Source: Bacillota bacterium
Lineage (GTDB): Bacteria > Bacillota > Desulfotomaculia > Desulfotomaculales > UBA12532
Direction: 5' to 3'
Length of the DNA stretch: 64,000 nt
Assembly (NCBI GenBank): GCA_040751815.1
Contig: JBFMHQ010000004.1
Span: 12,756-76,755 of the forward strand
Shown: in pieces, positions 9,839 through 28,805 of the stretch
How positions within the stretch are numbered: the first letter of the stretch is position 1
Layout of the letters: each line of letters starts with the position of its first letter
Position numbers and translations under genes: made by a program
The notes under the pieces: model-generated
Told to the model about the DNA's origin: nothing
Seen by the model: the letters and a program-made list of their open reading frames with translations, nothing else
Databases searched by the model: none

Positions 9839-10018
9839 TCAACCGGCCCCCGGTTTGTCTGTTAACTTTGCTACCCTTCCTTTGTAGGAAGGGTTTTTTA
9901 TCGCGGCCAGGATGTGGTCCATCTTTTCCGCCGCCCGCTCCTTCAATCCCGGCATCGCCTTGGGGTAGGTGTCCAGGGTAATGGTGATGGGCCTGTTGCC
10001 AAACTCCACAAGTAGGAT
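9839..10018 (-). pseudogene. tyrosine recombinase (phage integrase) C-terminal remnant
   Basis: Minus-strand frame reads ILLVEFGNRPITITLDTYPKAMPGLKERAAEKMDHILAAIKNPS..., matching the LGH..I..T.D.Y.H tail that holds the catalytic Tyr. No upstream catalytic core (stop immediately upstream). Confidence 0.6.
9873..9900 (+). terminator. rho-independent terminator
   Basis: Stem ACCCTTCC / GGAAGGGT with a 5-6 nt loop, followed by TTTTTT. Confidence 0.6.
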
Positions 10019-10134
10019 TTATGTGACAAATGTAAAATTTCAACCATACAGTGCTAATCTGGAGAACGATAGCGTAATGATGGGATATCAAAGACCTCGG
10101 CTCAGAATCTATCCCAGCATCCGTACATCGCGGC

Positions 10135-10600
10135 ATGTTTGAGACATACCGTCGGTTTGGCACGAAGCCGAAAGAATACCGACTTACAGCTGAGGCGTTA
10201 TTGCGCCGCATTCTGCGTGGGGAGGACATTCCTACCATTTCCAAGGTTTGGTGGATCTTTATCTGGCGGTGGAAGCGGAGTTTTACCTGGCTATCGGCGG
10301 CTATGATCTCGATAGAATCACTGGGACATCACCCTGCGTTTCTCCCCCGGTGGTGAGCGCTTTATTCCTCTTGGTATAGCGCAAGTGGAGGAGGCAACCT
10401 ATCCAAGGGAGGTTGTTTATGGACTCCACGAAGGTCCTGACTAGATCTTGGAACTATCGAGATTGCGCTTTTGCCAAAATCAGACCTGAATCCAGGAAGG
10501 TCGCTTTGTTCTGCGAAACGGCGGATGTGTACAGCGCCTGGCGGACTACCTCTGGTGTTTCTGCAACGGCTCGATAATGACGCCCGATTAAGGCGAGAGC
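10135..10600 (+). pseudogene. B3/4-domain protein (PheT B3/B4-like) pseudogene with multiple frameshifts
   Basis: Three frames in succession read RLTAEALLRRILRGEDIPTIS, then GLVDLYLAVEAEFYLAIGGYDLDRITG, then DITLRFSPGGERFIPLGIAQVEEATYPREVVYGLHEGPD*, then SWNYRDCAFAKIRPESRKVALFCETAD. Together these follow the B3/4 family order. Confidence 0.5.
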
Positions 10601-10677
10601 AGGGCTTGTAGAACCGAGGTGTTCTCGGCTAGGCTTGTAAAGAGAAGGTACCAGGAATGGAAGCAAAAGGTGACATC

Positions 10678-11106
10678 ATGTTTCTTTTTTATCTTTCCAT
10701 GAGCCTAACAGTATTATCAAATGTGCTCTATCACATTTTTCAAAAGTTGACTCCTCCCAACGTTAATCCCATGGCCGCCCTGGCGGTGACCTATGCTACA
10801 GCTATGATTATCTGCTTTGCCCTTATTCCTCTTTATCCACCGAGGACAAATCTGATCGAGTCTATTCGCCATTTGAATTGGACCAGTTTTGCTTTAGCTA
10901 TTGCAATCACTGGGCTAGAACTCGGTTTCTTATTGGCCTATCGAGCCGGGTGGAATCTTAGTTTAGCTGCTATTGTCTCAAATGTGACTGTAACACTTAT
11001 GATGGTTCCTATTGGTCTGTTCTTCTTCAAAGAGACATTATCGCTTGTAAATTTCATCGGTATCGTTATTTGCATCGTCGGGCTGGTGATGGTCACTCAA
11101 AAATAA
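10678..11106 (+). CDS. small DMT-superfamily (EamA-like) membrane transporter
   Basis: About 4 hydrophobic helices (FLFYLSMSLTVLSNVLYHIF, MAALAVTYATAMIICFALI, FALAIAITGLELGFLLAY, IGIVICIVGLVMV). Low-GC codon usage. ATG 10678 is preferred over track start 10657. Confidence 0.6.
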   Translation: MFLFYLSMSLTVLSNVLYHIFQKLTPPNVNPMAALAVTYATAMIICFALIPLYPPRTNLIESIRHLNWTSFALAIAITGLELGFLLAYRAGWNLSLAAIVSNVTVTLMMVPIGLFFFKETLSLVNFIGIVICIVGLVMVTQK

Positions 11107-11308
11107 CGCTTGATGTTGACTTTTACGTGCTGCGCAATACCCGGTACCCGGCGGTTCTTCTGAGTGTCTCTTTCCTACCAACGCCGGGGATACCGCCAGG
11201 CTCGGGGGCAGTGAGGTTTTGAGATTCCTACAGTAGGTTGACGCGGTCCTCCCGGCTCCATTGACTTGCTAAACCATCCTTCCTGTGTTATAATCAAAAC
11301 TGCAACGT

Positions 11309-11384
11309 CGCGGGGTGGAGCAGCCGGAAGCTCGTCGGGCTCATAACCCGAAGGTCGTTGGTTCAAATCCAACCCCCGCAACCA
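11309..11384 (+). tRNA. initiator tRNA-fMet (anticodon CAU)
   Basis: C1:A72 mismatch (CGCGGGG...CCCCGCA-ACCA), three G:C pairs closing the anticodon stem (GGGCTCATAACCC), T arm GTTGG-TTCAAAT-CCAAC. Confidence 0.9.
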
Positions 11385-11460
11385 GCCCATATAGCTCAGG
11401 AGGCAGAGCGTATCCTTGGTAAGGATAAGGTCGCCGGTTCGAATCCGGCTATGGGCTCCA
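11385..11460 (+). tRNA. tRNA-Thr (anticodon GGU)
   Basis: Acceptor GCCCATA/TATGGGC, anticodon arm TATCC-TTGGTAA-GGATA, T arm GCCGG-TTCGAAT-CCGGC. Starts directly after the CCA of the previous tRNA. Confidence 0.9.
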
Positions 11461-11468
11461 TTTTTTCA

Positions 11469-11544
11469 GGCGGCGTAGCTCAGCTGGTAGAGCAAGCGGT
11501 TCATACCCGCTGCGTCGGGGGTTCGAGTCCCTCCGCCGCTACCA
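11469..11544 (+). tRNA. elongator tRNA-Met (anticodon CAU)
   Basis: Acceptor GGCGGCG/CGCCGCT (G:U at pair 7:66), anticodon arm AGCGG-TTCATAC-CCGCT, T arm GGGGG-TTCGAGT-CCCTC (G:U at pair 51:63). Resembles Bacillus elongator tRNA-Met, recalled from memory. Confidence 0.8.
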
Positions 11545-11551
11545 TGAAGGG

Positions 11552-11583
11552 AAAACCGCCGGAGTGCTGCGGCGGTTTTTTTA
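11552..11583 (+). terminator. rho-independent terminator after the tRNA cluster
   Basis: AAAACCGCCG ... CGGCGGTTTTTTT hairpin with a T-run. Confidence 0.7.
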
Positions 11584-11780
11584 TTTCCGGGGTGTTTATA
11601 AAGGCGGAAAGGGCGTTTTGCCTCTCCCCGCCTTTTCCGGTTCCGGCAGGACCCGTCCCATAGTTGGCGCGTAAGATTCCGGCGCGGCCAGAAGGATTTT
11701 TCTCCCGCGGCGACGAATAAACTCCCTTATTCCAGGGTAAATTTTTCCCAACTCTTGCTAGGCGAGGGAGGCTCAACCCT

Positions 11781-12983
<1,203 letters not shown>

Positions 12984-13006
12984 GGCCGGGGATCGTCTCC
13001 CCGGCC
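12984..13006 (+). terminator. hairpin after tuf copy 1 (weak U-tract)
   Basis: GGCCGGGG-atcgtct-CCCCGGCC directly after the stop codon, followed by CGCCTTTCG. Confidence 0.45.
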
Positions 13007-13017
13007 CGCCTTTCGCC

Positions 13018-13046
13018 TTGACATTGGATAATCCTTGTGATAAATT
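13018..13046 (+). promoter_or_regulatory. sigmaA-type promoter for rpmG-secE-nusG
   Basis: TTGACA (13018-13023), 17-nt spacer, TG-extended -10 TGaTAAATT (13038-13046). Confidence 0.55.
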
Positions 13047-13097
13047 CTAAGGCGTAAATTTTTGGCGTCTTTTTTTTGCCCTGCGGAGGTGTAACGG

Positions 13098-13247
13098 TTG
13101 CGGGTGACGATTACGCTGGCCTGTACCCAGTGCAAGCGGCGCAACTATACAACGACCAAGAACAAGAAGAACGACCCGGGGCGGCTGGAGTTTCGCAAGT
13201 ACTGCCGGTGGTGCGGAACCCATACCGTGCATAAGGAGACCAAATAG
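13098..13247 (+). CDS. rpmG: 50S ribosomal protein L33 (Cys4 zinc type)
   Basis: Not in the ORF track (49 aa). TTG start. [49 protein letters not shown]. Confidence 0.9.
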   Translation: MRVTITLACTQCKRRNYTTTKNKKNDPGRLEFRKYCRWCGTHTVHKETK

Positions 13248-13272
13248 TCTGGAAGAGCGGGTTGGTTAAGGC

Positions 13273-13620
13273 ATGGCGGTTATGAAAAAGACCGAACAAA
13301 CGGGGAAGCCGGCGGCCAAGGCCCCCCGGAACAGGGCGGCGGTGAAGCCGCAGGGCAAAAACCCTGCGGGACCGGAAAAGGCCGAGAAACCGGCGGCCAA
13401 ATCCCAGAAACCGGCGCGGCGCTTCAATTTTGGTGGTTTTAAACGGGCACGGGAATTTTTCCAGGGCGTGGTGCAGGAGTTAAAAAAGGTCCACTGGCTC
13501 AACCGGCGCGAGACGCTGATTTACACAGCTGTAGTGGTTGTTTCCGTCGTGGTGGTCGGCCTCATTATCTGGATCGCCGATTCCATTCTCAGCACCCTTG
13601 TGCAACTGATCCTTACCTAG
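13273..13620 (+). CDS. secE: preprotein translocase subunit SecE with a long basic N-terminal extension
   Basis: The C-terminal 60 aa (FFQGVVQELKKVHWLNRRETLIYTAVVVVSVVVVGLIIW) match the SecE core. Position is between rpmG and nusG. Confidence 0.9.
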   Translation: MAVMKKTEQTGKPAAKAPRNRAAVKPQGKNPAGPEKAEKPAAKSQKPARRFNFGGFKRAREFFQGVVQELKKVHWLNRRETLIYTAVVVVSVVVVGLIIWIADSILSTLVQLILT

Positions 13621-13630
13621 GTGATTTTTT

Positions 13631-14167
13631 GTGGCTAAACGCTGGTATGTGGTGCACACTTACTCGGGATACGAGAACAAGGTTAAGGCCGATCTGGAGA
13701 AGCGCATCGCCTCCATGAACATGGGGGACTACATCTTCAACATTGTGGTCCCCGTAGAGGACGAGATCGAGATCAAAGACGGCCGGCGCAAGGTTTCCAA
13801 GCGTAAAATTTTCCCCGGGTACGTGCTGGTGGAAATGATTATGACCGACGATGCCTACCGGGTCGTGCGGAACACACCCGGCGTTACCGGTTTTGTCGGC
13901 AGCACCGGTGTTGGCGCCAAGCCCATCCCCCTCACCGACGAAGAGGCGGAGCAGATCATCCGGCAGATGATGGGCGAGGAACCCCGCTACCGCATCGACG
14001 TGGAGCCCGGAGAGAAGGTGCGCGTGGCCTCGGGGCCCTTCGAGAATTTTGTGGGCACGGTGGAAGAGGTCAATTTCGAGAAGGGAAAGCTGCGGGTGAT
14101 GATTTCTATGTTCGGGCGGGAGACGCCCATCGAGCTGGATTTCAGCCAGGTGGAGAAAATAGACTGA
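13631..14167 (+). CDS. nusG: transcription termination/antitermination factor NusG
   Basis: [19 protein letters not shown] domain and C-terminal KOW ([14 protein letters not shown]). Confidence 0.97.
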   Translation: MAKRWYVVHTYSGYENKVKADLEKRIASMNMGDYIFNIVVPVEDEIEIKDGRRKVSKRKIFPGYVLVEMIMTDDAYRVVRNTPGVTGFVGSTGVGAKPIPLTDEEAEQIIRQMMGEEPRYRIDVEPGEKVRVASGPFENFVGTVEEVNFEKGKLRVMISMFGRETPIELDFSQVEKID

Positions 14168-14180
14168 GGGAGGTGACGGG

Positions 14181-14609
14181 ATGGCAAAGAAGGTAATGGC
14201 GGTTGTCAAACTGCAGATTCCGGCTGGGAAGGCCACACCCGCACCACCTGTCGGTTCGGGCCTGGGGCCGTACGGCATCAACATCATGGCCTTCGTCAAG
14301 GAATATAACGAGCGCACTGCAGCGCAGGCCGGACTGATTATCCCCGTTGAGATAACCATTTACGAGGACCGGAGCTTCAGCTTTGTGACCAAGACACCCC
14401 CCGCTTCCGTCCTTTTGAAAAAGGCGGCGGGGATCGAGACCGCCTCCGGTGAGCCGAACCGGAAGAAGGTCGGCCAGGTAAGCCGGTCGAAGGTGCGGGA
14501 AATCGCGGAACTCAAGATGCAGGATCTCAACGCGGCCAGCGTGGAGGCCGCGATGCGGATGATCGAGGGCACGGCCCGCAGCATGGGCATCGAAATCGTG
14601 GAAGGTTAG
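14181..14609 (+). CDS. rplK: 50S ribosomal protein L11
   Basis: [16 protein letters not shown] and conserved operon position. Confidence 0.97.
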   Translation: MAKKVMAVVKLQIPAGKATPAPPVGSGLGPYGINIMAFVKEYNERTAAQAGLIIPVEITIYEDRSFSFVTKTPPASVLLKKAAGIETASGEPNRKKVGQVSRSKVREIAELKMQDLNAASVEAAMRMIEGTARSMGIEIVEG

Positions 14610-14658
14610 TGGGAGGTGTCCGGCAGGACACCGTCAGAACCACAGGGAGGGATGGAAT

Positions 14659-15354
14659 TTGCCGAAACACGGCAAAAAGTACAACGCCGGCAGGCAGGCG
14701 GTCGACCGCCTGACCCTGTACGACCCGGACGAGGCCCTGGAACTGGTCAAGAAGACGGCCTATGCCAGGTTCGACGAAACGGTAGAGGCGGCGGTGCGGC
14801 TGGGGGTCGATCCCCGGCACGCCGACCAGCAGGTGCGGGGCGCGGTGGTGCTTCCCCACGGCACCGGCAAGACGCGGAAGGTGCTGGTTTTCGCCCGCGG
14901 TGAAAAGGCCAGGGAGGCCGAGGAGGCGGGGGCGGATTACGTGGGCGCCGACGACCTGGTGGCCAGGATCCAGGAGGGGTGGCTTGATTTCGACGTGGCC
15001 ATTGCCACGCCGGACGTAATGGGCATGGTTGGGAAAATCGGCCGCATCCTGGGCCCGAAGGGCCTTATGCCGAACCCCAAAACGGGCACCGTCACCTTTG
15101 ACATCGGGCAGGCGGTGCGCGAGGCAAAGGCCGGCAAGATCCAGTACCGGGTTGACAAGGCGGGGATTATCCACGCCCCCATCGGCCGCGTTTCCTTCGA
15201 GACGGAGAAGCTCCTGGAGAACCTGCGCGCCCTGGTGGAGGCCCTCGTCCGGGCCAAGCCCCCGGCGGCCAAGGGCCAGTACATTAAAAGCATCTCGGTG
15301 TGCTCCACCATGGGGCCCGGCGTCAAGGTTAACGCGCGGAAGCTGGTGGGCTGA
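14659..15354 (+). CDS. rplA: 50S ribosomal protein L1
   Basis: [24 protein letters not shown] is typical of L1. TTG start. Confidence 0.97.
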   Translation: MPKHGKKYNAGRQAVDRLTLYDPDEALELVKKTAYARFDETVEAAVRLGVDPRHADQQVRGAVVLPHGTGKTRKVLVFARGEKAREAEEAGADYVGADDLVARIQEGWLDFDVAIATPDVMGMVGKIGRILGPKGLMPNPKTGTVTFDIGQAVREAKAGKIQYRVDKAGIIHAPIGRVSFETEKLLENLRALVEALVRAKPPAAKGQYIKSISVCSTMGPGVKVNARKLVG

Positions 15355-15600
15355 TTCGCGAGCCCGGCAACCGGGCGGAACCTGCCCCTTGCGGGAACGT
15401 GGCGTGCCGCGGAAAAACGCGGCACACCGTCAAATTGCATAGTTTTTTACGGCTGTAGACAGTTGGTGCTCCGGCTTAATGGCACCCACCGGTGCCGCCA
15501 ACCGAGGCCGGCGGAATGGAAGCCGAACGAGGCCTCTGTATTGCCGTCTACAGGGGCCTTTAATTTTTCCGGGAAACCCAAAGAGGAGGTGAAGCATGCC
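15355..15600 (+). promoter_or_regulatory. probable L10 (rplJ) autoregulatory leader
   Basis: 246-nt untranslated gap between rplA and rplJ, where Firmicutes carry the L10 leader. The structure was not verified. Confidence 0.35.
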
Positions 15601-16131
15601 TTGCCGTTGACTCGGGAGGAGAAGGCGGTCCAGGTGGCGGACTTGAAGGAGAAACTGGCCCGGGCGAGGGTAACCGTCCTCACCGATTTCCGGGGGCTTG
15701 ATGTAGCGGCGATGACGCGCCTGCGCTGCCGCATCCGCGAAGCGGGCGGGCAATACAGGGTGGTCAAGAACACCCTCGCCCGGCGCGCCGCCGGGGAGGC
15801 GGGAATCGAGGGCCTCGACCCTTACCTCACCGGCCCCGTGGCCCTGGCCTTCGGTTTTGACGACCCGGTGGCCCTGCCCAGGATCTTTTCAGAGTTCGTC
15901 AGGGAATTCAAGCAGCTGGAAATCAAAGGCGGCATCCTGGAGGGGAGGGTCGTGCCGCCGGAAGCCATCCGCGCCCTGGCGGACCTGCCGCCGCGGGAGG
16001 TGCTGCTGGCCCAGGTGGTGGGCGGCTTCCAGGCGCCGCTGGCCGGGCTGGTGGGCGTGCTCCAGGGCACCATCCGCAAGCTGGTCTACGTCCTGGAGGC
16101 CGTGCGCGAGAAAAAAGCCGCCACGGCTTGA
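15601..16131 (+). CDS. rplJ: 50S ribosomal protein L10
   Basis: TTG 15601 follows AGAGGAGGTG. MPLTREEKAVQVADLKEKL. The upstream part of track ORF 15463 lies in the leader. Confidence 0.93.
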   Translation: MPLTREEKAVQVADLKEKLARARVTVLTDFRGLDVAAMTRLRCRIREAGGQYRVVKNTLARRAAGEAGIEGLDPYLTGPVALAFGFDDPVALPRIFSEFVREFKQLEIKGGILEGRVVPPEAIRALADLPPREVLLAQVVGGFQAPLAGLVGVLQGTIRKLVYVLEAVREKKAATA

Positions 16132-16202
16132 GGACGCCGGCGGAAACCTGCTTAATCGATTAAAATTCAAACTTAAAATCTGCGCGGGAGGTTTCGTAAA
16201 GC

Positions 16203-16589
16203 ATGTCCAAGGTAGGCGAGATCATCGAGGCGGTGAAGGGCCTGACGGTGCTGGAACTGGCCGAACTGGTGAAGGCCCTGGAGGAGGAGTTCGGCGTAAC
16301 GGCGGCCGCGCCGGTAGCGGTGGCGGCGGCACCGGCGGCCGGGCCGGCGGCGGCGCCGGCGGCCGCCGAGGAGGAGAAGACCGAGTTTGACGTGATCCTT
16401 ACGGTGGTGGGCGACAAGAAGATTAACGTCATCAAGGTGGTGCGCGAGGTCACCGGGCTCGGCCTCAAGGAGGCCAAGGACCTGGTGGACAACGCCCCGA
16501 AGCCGGTCAAGGAGAAGGTGAACAAGGAAGAGGCGGAGGCGATCAAGAAGAAGTTCGAAGAAGCCGGCGCCACGGTGGAGATCAAGTAG
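16203..16589 (+). CDS. rplL: 50S ribosomal protein L7/L12
   Basis: Ala/Pro hinge plus [24 protein letters not shown]. Confidence 0.97.
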   Translation: MSKVGEIIEAVKGLTVLELAELVKALEEEFGVTAAAPVAVAAAPAAGPAAAPAAAEEEKTEFDVILTVVGDKKINVIKVVREVTGLGLKEAKDLVDNAPKPVKEKVNKEEAEAIKKKFEEAGATVEIK

Positions 16590-16616
16590 CGTTTCCGGCG
16601 GCGTTTGTAAGGAAGA

Positions 16617-16640
16617 GGGAGGACGCGCGGCGGTCCTCCC
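16617..16640 (+). terminator. hairpin (partial terminator or attenuator) between rplL and rpoB
   Basis: GGGAGGAC-gcgcggcg-GTCCTCCC. Only a weak T-tract follows. Confidence 0.35.
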
Positions 16641-16672
16641 TCAGACTTTGCGATAAAGAAAGCAAGATTCCC

Positions 16673-16701
16673 TTGACACGGGGCAGGCAGTGTGCTATTA
16701 T
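16673..16701 (+). promoter_or_regulatory. sigmaA-type promoter upstream of rpoB
   Basis: TTGACA (16673-16678), 17-nt spacer, TGcTATTAT extended -10 (16693-16701). Confidence 0.55.
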
Positions 16702-16837
16702 TAAACATTGTCGCCGGCCTCAAAGGGTATCCTTTTGCCTTGCATGGTCCATAATAAACAGGCATGGGAGGCTACAGGGCCGGCACACGCCCGCAGAGGT
16801 TTGGTTTTTACTATTTTACTTCCCAGGGGGTTCGTAT

Positions 16838-20311
<3,474 letters not shown>

Positions 20312-20335
20312 GTTTTCAAGGAGGGAAGGCGGCGG

Positions 20336-23851
<3,516 letters not shown>

Positions 23852-23910
23852 CAAAAGATCCCGCCGGTGCTATTATTGTTAGGTGTGTGGCGCCGGAAGG
23901 AGGACTTACC

Positions 23911-24162
23911 GTGTCCCTGGAAAGGCTTAGCGAGGCCCGCAGGAAGACGGTGGGTTCCAAGCAAACCTTGAAAGCCATACAGCGGGGGCAAGCCAGGGTG
24001 GTGTACGTGGCCCGGAACGCCGAACCACACGTGGTGGGGCCGGTGCTTGAGGCCTGCCGGGCCCGGGAGGTACCAGTCATCGAGGTGCCCACGATGCGGG
24101 AACTGGGCCGGGCGTGCGGCATTGCCGTGAACTGCGCGGCGGCGGCGATCACGGAAGAGTAG
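23911..24162 (+). CDS. ybxF: ribosomal protein L7Ae-like (YbxF/RplGB family)
   Basis: GSKQTLKAIQRGQARVVYVARNAEPH. Position between rpoC and rpsL. GTG 23911 follows GGAAGGAGG. Confidence 0.8.
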   Translation: MSLERLSEARRKTVGSKQTLKAIQRGQARVVYVARNAEPHVVGPVLEACRAREVPVIEVPTMRELGRACGIAVNCAAAAITEE

Positions 24163-24244
24163 GTTAAACCTTGCCCCTTACCCGGATGGTAAGGGGTATA
24201 ATTTTGCCATATTTTAGGAATTTGTAATAAAGGGGGTGTATAGG

Positions 24245-24619
24245 GTGCCGACCATAAGTCAGCTGGTACGCAAGGGACGGCAAATGCGCGAGGTTAAGTC
24301 GTCGGCTCCTGCCCTGATGGCCAACCCGCAGCGGCGGGGAGTCTGTACCCGCGTGTACACAACCACGCCGAAAAAGCCCAACTCGGCTCTGCGGAAGGTG
24401 GCCCGGGTACGCCTGACCAACGGTTACGAGGTGACGGCCTACATCCCGGGCATCGGGCACAACCTGCAGGAACACTCGGTGGTGCTGGTGCGCGGCGGCC
24501 GGGTGAAGGACCTGCCGGGCGTGCGTTACCATATCATACGCGGCGCCCTGGACGCCGCCGGGGTGCAAAACCGCGCGCGGGGGCGCTCCAAGTACGGTGC
24601 CAAGAGACCCAAGAAGTGA
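24245..24619 (+). CDS. rpsL: 30S ribosomal protein S12
   Basis: [11 protein letters not shown] ... [19 protein letters not shown] 24245. Confidence 0.97.
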   Translation: MPTISQLVRKGRQMREVKSSAPALMANPQRRGVCTRVYTTTPKKPNSALRKVARVRLTNGYEVTAYIPGIGHNLQEHSVVLVRGGRVKDLPGVRYHIIRGALDAAGVQNRARGRSKYGAKRPKK

Positions 24620-24631
24620 GGGGGGAGAAGC

Positions 24632-25102
24632 ATGCCACGCAGGGGACCGGTGCCCAGGCGGGACGTTTCGCCGGACCCGCTATACGGCAGCAAGGTGGTA
24701 ACCAAACTGATCAACCAGGTGATGCTGCAGGGGAAGAAGAGCGTAGCCGAGCGCATTTGCTACGGCGCCTTCGACCTTATCAGGCAAAAGACGGGGCGCG
24801 ACCCCCTGGAGGTCTTTGACCAGGCGCTGAAAAATACCATGCCGGTTGTGGAAACCAGGCCACGGCGCGTGGGCGGCGCCAACTACCAGGTTCCCGTCGA
24901 GGTGCGGCCCGAGCGGCGGCAAACCCTGGCCATCCGCTGGCTGGTCAACTTTGCCCGCGAGCGGACGGGAAAATCCATGCAGGAGCGGCTGGCGGCCGAA
25001 CTGCTCGACGCCGCGCAGGGTACGGGCGGGGCCGTCAAAAAGAAGGAAGATACCCACCGGATGGCGGAAGCGAACAAGGCTTTTGCCCACTACCGGTGGT
25101 AG
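24632..25102 (+). CDS. rpsG: 30S ribosomal protein S7
   Basis: [20 protein letters not shown]... Confidence 0.97.
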   Translation: MPRRGPVPRRDVSPDPLYGSKVVTKLINQVMLQGKKSVAERICYGAFDLIRQKTGRDPLEVFDQALKNTMPVVETRPRRVGGANYQVPVEVRPERRQTLAIRWLVNFARERTGKSMQERLAAELLDAAQGTGGAVKKKEDTHRMAEANKAFAHYRW

Positions 25103-25151
25103 GGTGGTAAAAAAGATTCCGGCGTACATCGGCAGGGAGGTTTTTTCCGGT

Positions 25152-27221
25152 ATGGGGCGGCAATATCCGCTCGAAAAAACAAGAAATATAGGCATCATGG
25201 CGCACATCGACGCCGGTAAGACGACCACGACCGAGCGGATACTGTTCTACACCGGCCGGGTGCACAGGATCGGCGAGGTTGACGAAGGATCGGCGACGAT
25301 GGACTGGATGGTCCAGGAACAGGAGCGGGGGATCACCATCACCTCCGCCGCCACAACCTGTTTCTGGCGCGACCACCGGATTAACATTATTGACACGCCT
25401 GGACACGTGGATTTCACGGTCGAGGTAGAGCGCTCGCTGCGCGTGCTCGACGGTGCGGTGGCCATTTTTTGCTCTGTCGGCGGGGTCGAACCGCAGTCGG
25501 AGACGGTCTGGCGGCAGGCCGACAAGTACCACGTGCCCCGGATCGCCTACATCAACAAGATGGACCGGATCGGCGCCGACTTCTTCCGCAGCGTCGCCTC
25601 GCTCCAGGAGAAGCTGGAGGCCAATCCCGTGTGCATCCAGCTGCCCATCGGTGCGGAGGACCGTTTTTGCGGGGTGGTAGACCTCATTCATAACCGCGCC
25701 GTAATCTGGGTCGACGATCTGGGTACGCAGATGAAGGAACTTCCGGTGCCGGCCGAAATGCAGGAACTCGTGGCCGCCTACCGGGAGAAGCTCCTGGAGG
25801 CCGTGGCCGAGACCGATGAGGAACTGATGTTGAAGTACCTGGAGGGCGAGGAACTGACTCCGGAAGAGATCAAGCGCGGTCTGCGCAAGGGAACTCTGGC
25901 CACGAAGATGACGCCTGTGTTGTGCGGTTCCTCCTATAAGAACCGCGGCGTACAACTGTTGCTCGATGCCGTTGTGGACTTCCTGCCGTCGCCGCTGGAT
26001 ATCCCGGCGGTCCGCGGTATCGACCCGGCCACCGGCGAGGAAGGCCGCCGCGCCCCCCGGGACGACGAACCCTTCTCGGCACTGGCCTTCAAGATCATGG
26101 TCGATCCTTACGTAGGCAAGCTCACCTTCTTCCGCGTCTACTCCGGGCGCCTGACCAGCGGGTCCTACGTTTATAATTCCACCAAGAACCGGCGTGAGCG
26201 GGTTGGCCGGCTGGTTCTGATGCACGCCAACCACCGCGAGGAGGTGGATGCCGTCTACGCCGGTGACATTGCGGCGGCCGTCGGTTTGAAACTTACCACC
26301 ACCGGGGATACTCTGTGCGACGAGGAGCACCCGATTGTGCTCGAGTCGATGGATTTCCCGGAGCCGGTGATCTCGGTGGCCATCGAGCCTCGCACCAAGG
26401 CCGATCAGGATAAAATGGGGATTGCCCTGCAGCGCCTGGCAGAGGAGGATCCCACCTTCAAAGTGCACTTCGACCAGGAAACCGGCCAGACCATCGTTTC
26501 CGGCATGGGCGAGCTGCACCTGGAGATAATCGTGGACCGGCTCCTGCGAGAGTTCAGGGTGGGGGCCAACGTGGGCCGCCCGCAGGTGGCCTACAAGGAG
26601 TCCCTGCGCCGGCCAACCCGGGCGGAGGGGAAGTTCATCCGCCAGACGGGGGGCCGGGGCCAGTACGGGCACGTGGTGCTGGAGGTGGAGCCGCGCGAGC
26701 GGGGTGCCGGCTTCGAGTTCGTCAACAAGGTCGTCGGCGGCGTGGTGCCGAAGGAGTATGTGCCGGCGGTCGAGGCCGGGGTGCGCGAGGCTATGGAGAG
26801 CGGCGTCCTGTACGGCTACCCGGTGGTCGACGTGCGGGTGGCCCTGGTGGACGGTTCGTACCACCCTGTGGACTCGTCGGAAATGGCCTTCAAGGTGGCC
26901 GCCTCGCTGGCCTTCAAGAAGGCGGCGGAACAGGCCGAACCGCAATTGCTGGAACCTGTGATGCGCGTGGAGGTGGTTGTACCCGAGGAATATACGGGTG
27001 ACGTCATCGCCGACCTTAACGGCCGGCGCGGCCATATCGACGCCATGGAACTGCAGGGGAAGATGCGGGTCATCAGAAGCCGCGTGCCCCTGGCCGAGAT
27101 GTTCGGCTACGCCACCGAACTCAGGTCGCGCACCCAGGGACGGGGTACCTACACCATGCAGTTCGATCACTATGCGGAAGTGCCCCAGAGTATTGTGGAA
27201 AAGGTAACCAGACATCACTAA
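25152..27221 (+). CDS. fusA: elongation factor G
   Basis: [27 protein letters not shown]. The ATG 25152 start is approximate. Confidence 0.96.
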   Translation: MGRQYPLEKTRNIGIMAHIDAGKTTTTERILFYTGRVHRIGEVDEGSATMDWMVQEQERGITITSAATTCFWRDHRINIIDTPGHVDFTVEVERSLRVLDGAVAIFCSVGGVEPQSETVWRQADKYHVPRIAYINKMDRIGADFFRSVASLQEKLEANPVCIQLPIGAEDRFCGVVDLIHNRAVIWVDDLGTQMKELPVPAEMQELVAAYREKLLEAVAETDEELMLKYLEGEELTPEEIKRGLRKGTLATKMTPVLCGSSYKNRGVQLLLDAVVDFLPSPLDIPAVRGIDPATGEEGRRAPRDDEPFSALAFKIMVDPYVGKLTFFRVYSGRLTSGSYVYNSTKNRRERVGRLVLMHANHREEVDAVYAGDIAAAVGLKLTTTGDTLCDEEHPIVLESMDFPEPVISVAIEPRTKADQDKMGIALQRLAEEDPTFKVHFDQETGQTIVSGMGELHLEIIVDRLLREFRVGANVGRPQVAYKESLRRPTRAEGKFIRQTGGRGQYGHVVLEVEPRERGAGFEFVNKVVGGVVPKEYVPAVEAGVREAMESGVLYGYPVVDVRVALVDGSYHPVDSSEMAFKVAASLAFKKAAEQAEPQLLEPVMRVEVVVPEEYTGDVIADLNGRRGHIDAMELQGKMRVIRSRVPLAEMFGYATELRSRTQGRGTYTMQFDHYAEVPQSIVEKVTRHH

Positions 27222-27254
27222 GCCAAGAACGCTTGCTGAGGAGGATGCTGAAGG

Positions 27255-28457
<1,203 letters not shown>

Positions 28458-28472
28458 GTGAGGAGGGAGCAG

Positions 28473-28781
28473 ATGCGCAGGCAAAAGATCCGCATCCGCC
28501 TGCGGGCCTTCGACCACAAGATGCTCGACCAGTCGGCGCAGAAGATCGTGGAAACGGCCCGGCGCACCGGGGCGTCCGTGGCCGGCCCGATTCCCCTGCC
28601 CACCGAGAAGAACATCTATACCATTCTCCGGTCACCGCACAAGGATAAGGATTCGCGGGAGCAGTTCGAGATCCGGACCCACAAGCGCCTGATCGACATT
28701 CTGGAACCCACGGCGAAGACGGTGGATGCGCTGATGCGTCTCGACCTGCCGGCGGGGGTCGAAATAGAAATCAAGCTGTAA
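28473..28781 (+). CDS. rpsJ: 30S ribosomal protein S10
   Basis: [22 protein letters not shown] 28473 follows GGTGAGGAGGGAG. Confidence 0.96.
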   Translation: MRRQKIRIRLRAFDHKMLDQSAQKIVETARRTGASVAGPIPLPTEKNIYTILRSPHKDKDSREQFEIRTHKRLIDILEPTAKTVDALMRLDLPAGVEIEIKL

Positions 28782-28805
28782 CCCGGATGGCGGGAGGTGG
28801 ACGTT

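Larger units (their letters stand above)
9776..11260. mobile_element. decayed integrative element (islet) downstream of tRNA-Thr(UGU)
   Basis: GC drops sharply right after the tRNA. Contains an integrase C-terminal remnant and a frameshifted pseudogene. A 9-nt copy of the tRNA 3' end (CCGGCTCCA) recurs at 11252-11260. Confidence 0.45.

Noticed and set aside
9828-10244. 138-aa minus-strand ORF in the islet
   Set aside because: It reads the integrase remnant region in the wrong frame and runs through the degraded B3/4 region. No motif and no SD.
10446-10677. Possible riboswitch (for example guanidine/ykkC) upstream of the small transporter gene
   Set aside because: The region is accounted for by the tail of the B3/4 pseudogene, and I could not recognise any conserved riboswitch core sequences.
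11261-11294. TTGACT ... TGTTATAAT upstream of the tRNA-fMet cluster as a canonical promoter
   Set aside because: The spacer between TTGACT and TATAAT is 22 nt, too long for a standard sigmaA promoter. The TG-extended -10 alone may still drive the tRNA operon, but I cannot support a confident call.
24174-24196. Hairpin CCCCTTA-cccggatgg-TAAGGGG between ybxF and rpsL as a terminator
   Set aside because: It is not followed by a proper U-tract (TATAATTTTGCC). It may be an RNA processing or attenuation element, or may overlap a -10-like TATAAT, but the evidence is too thin to call either.
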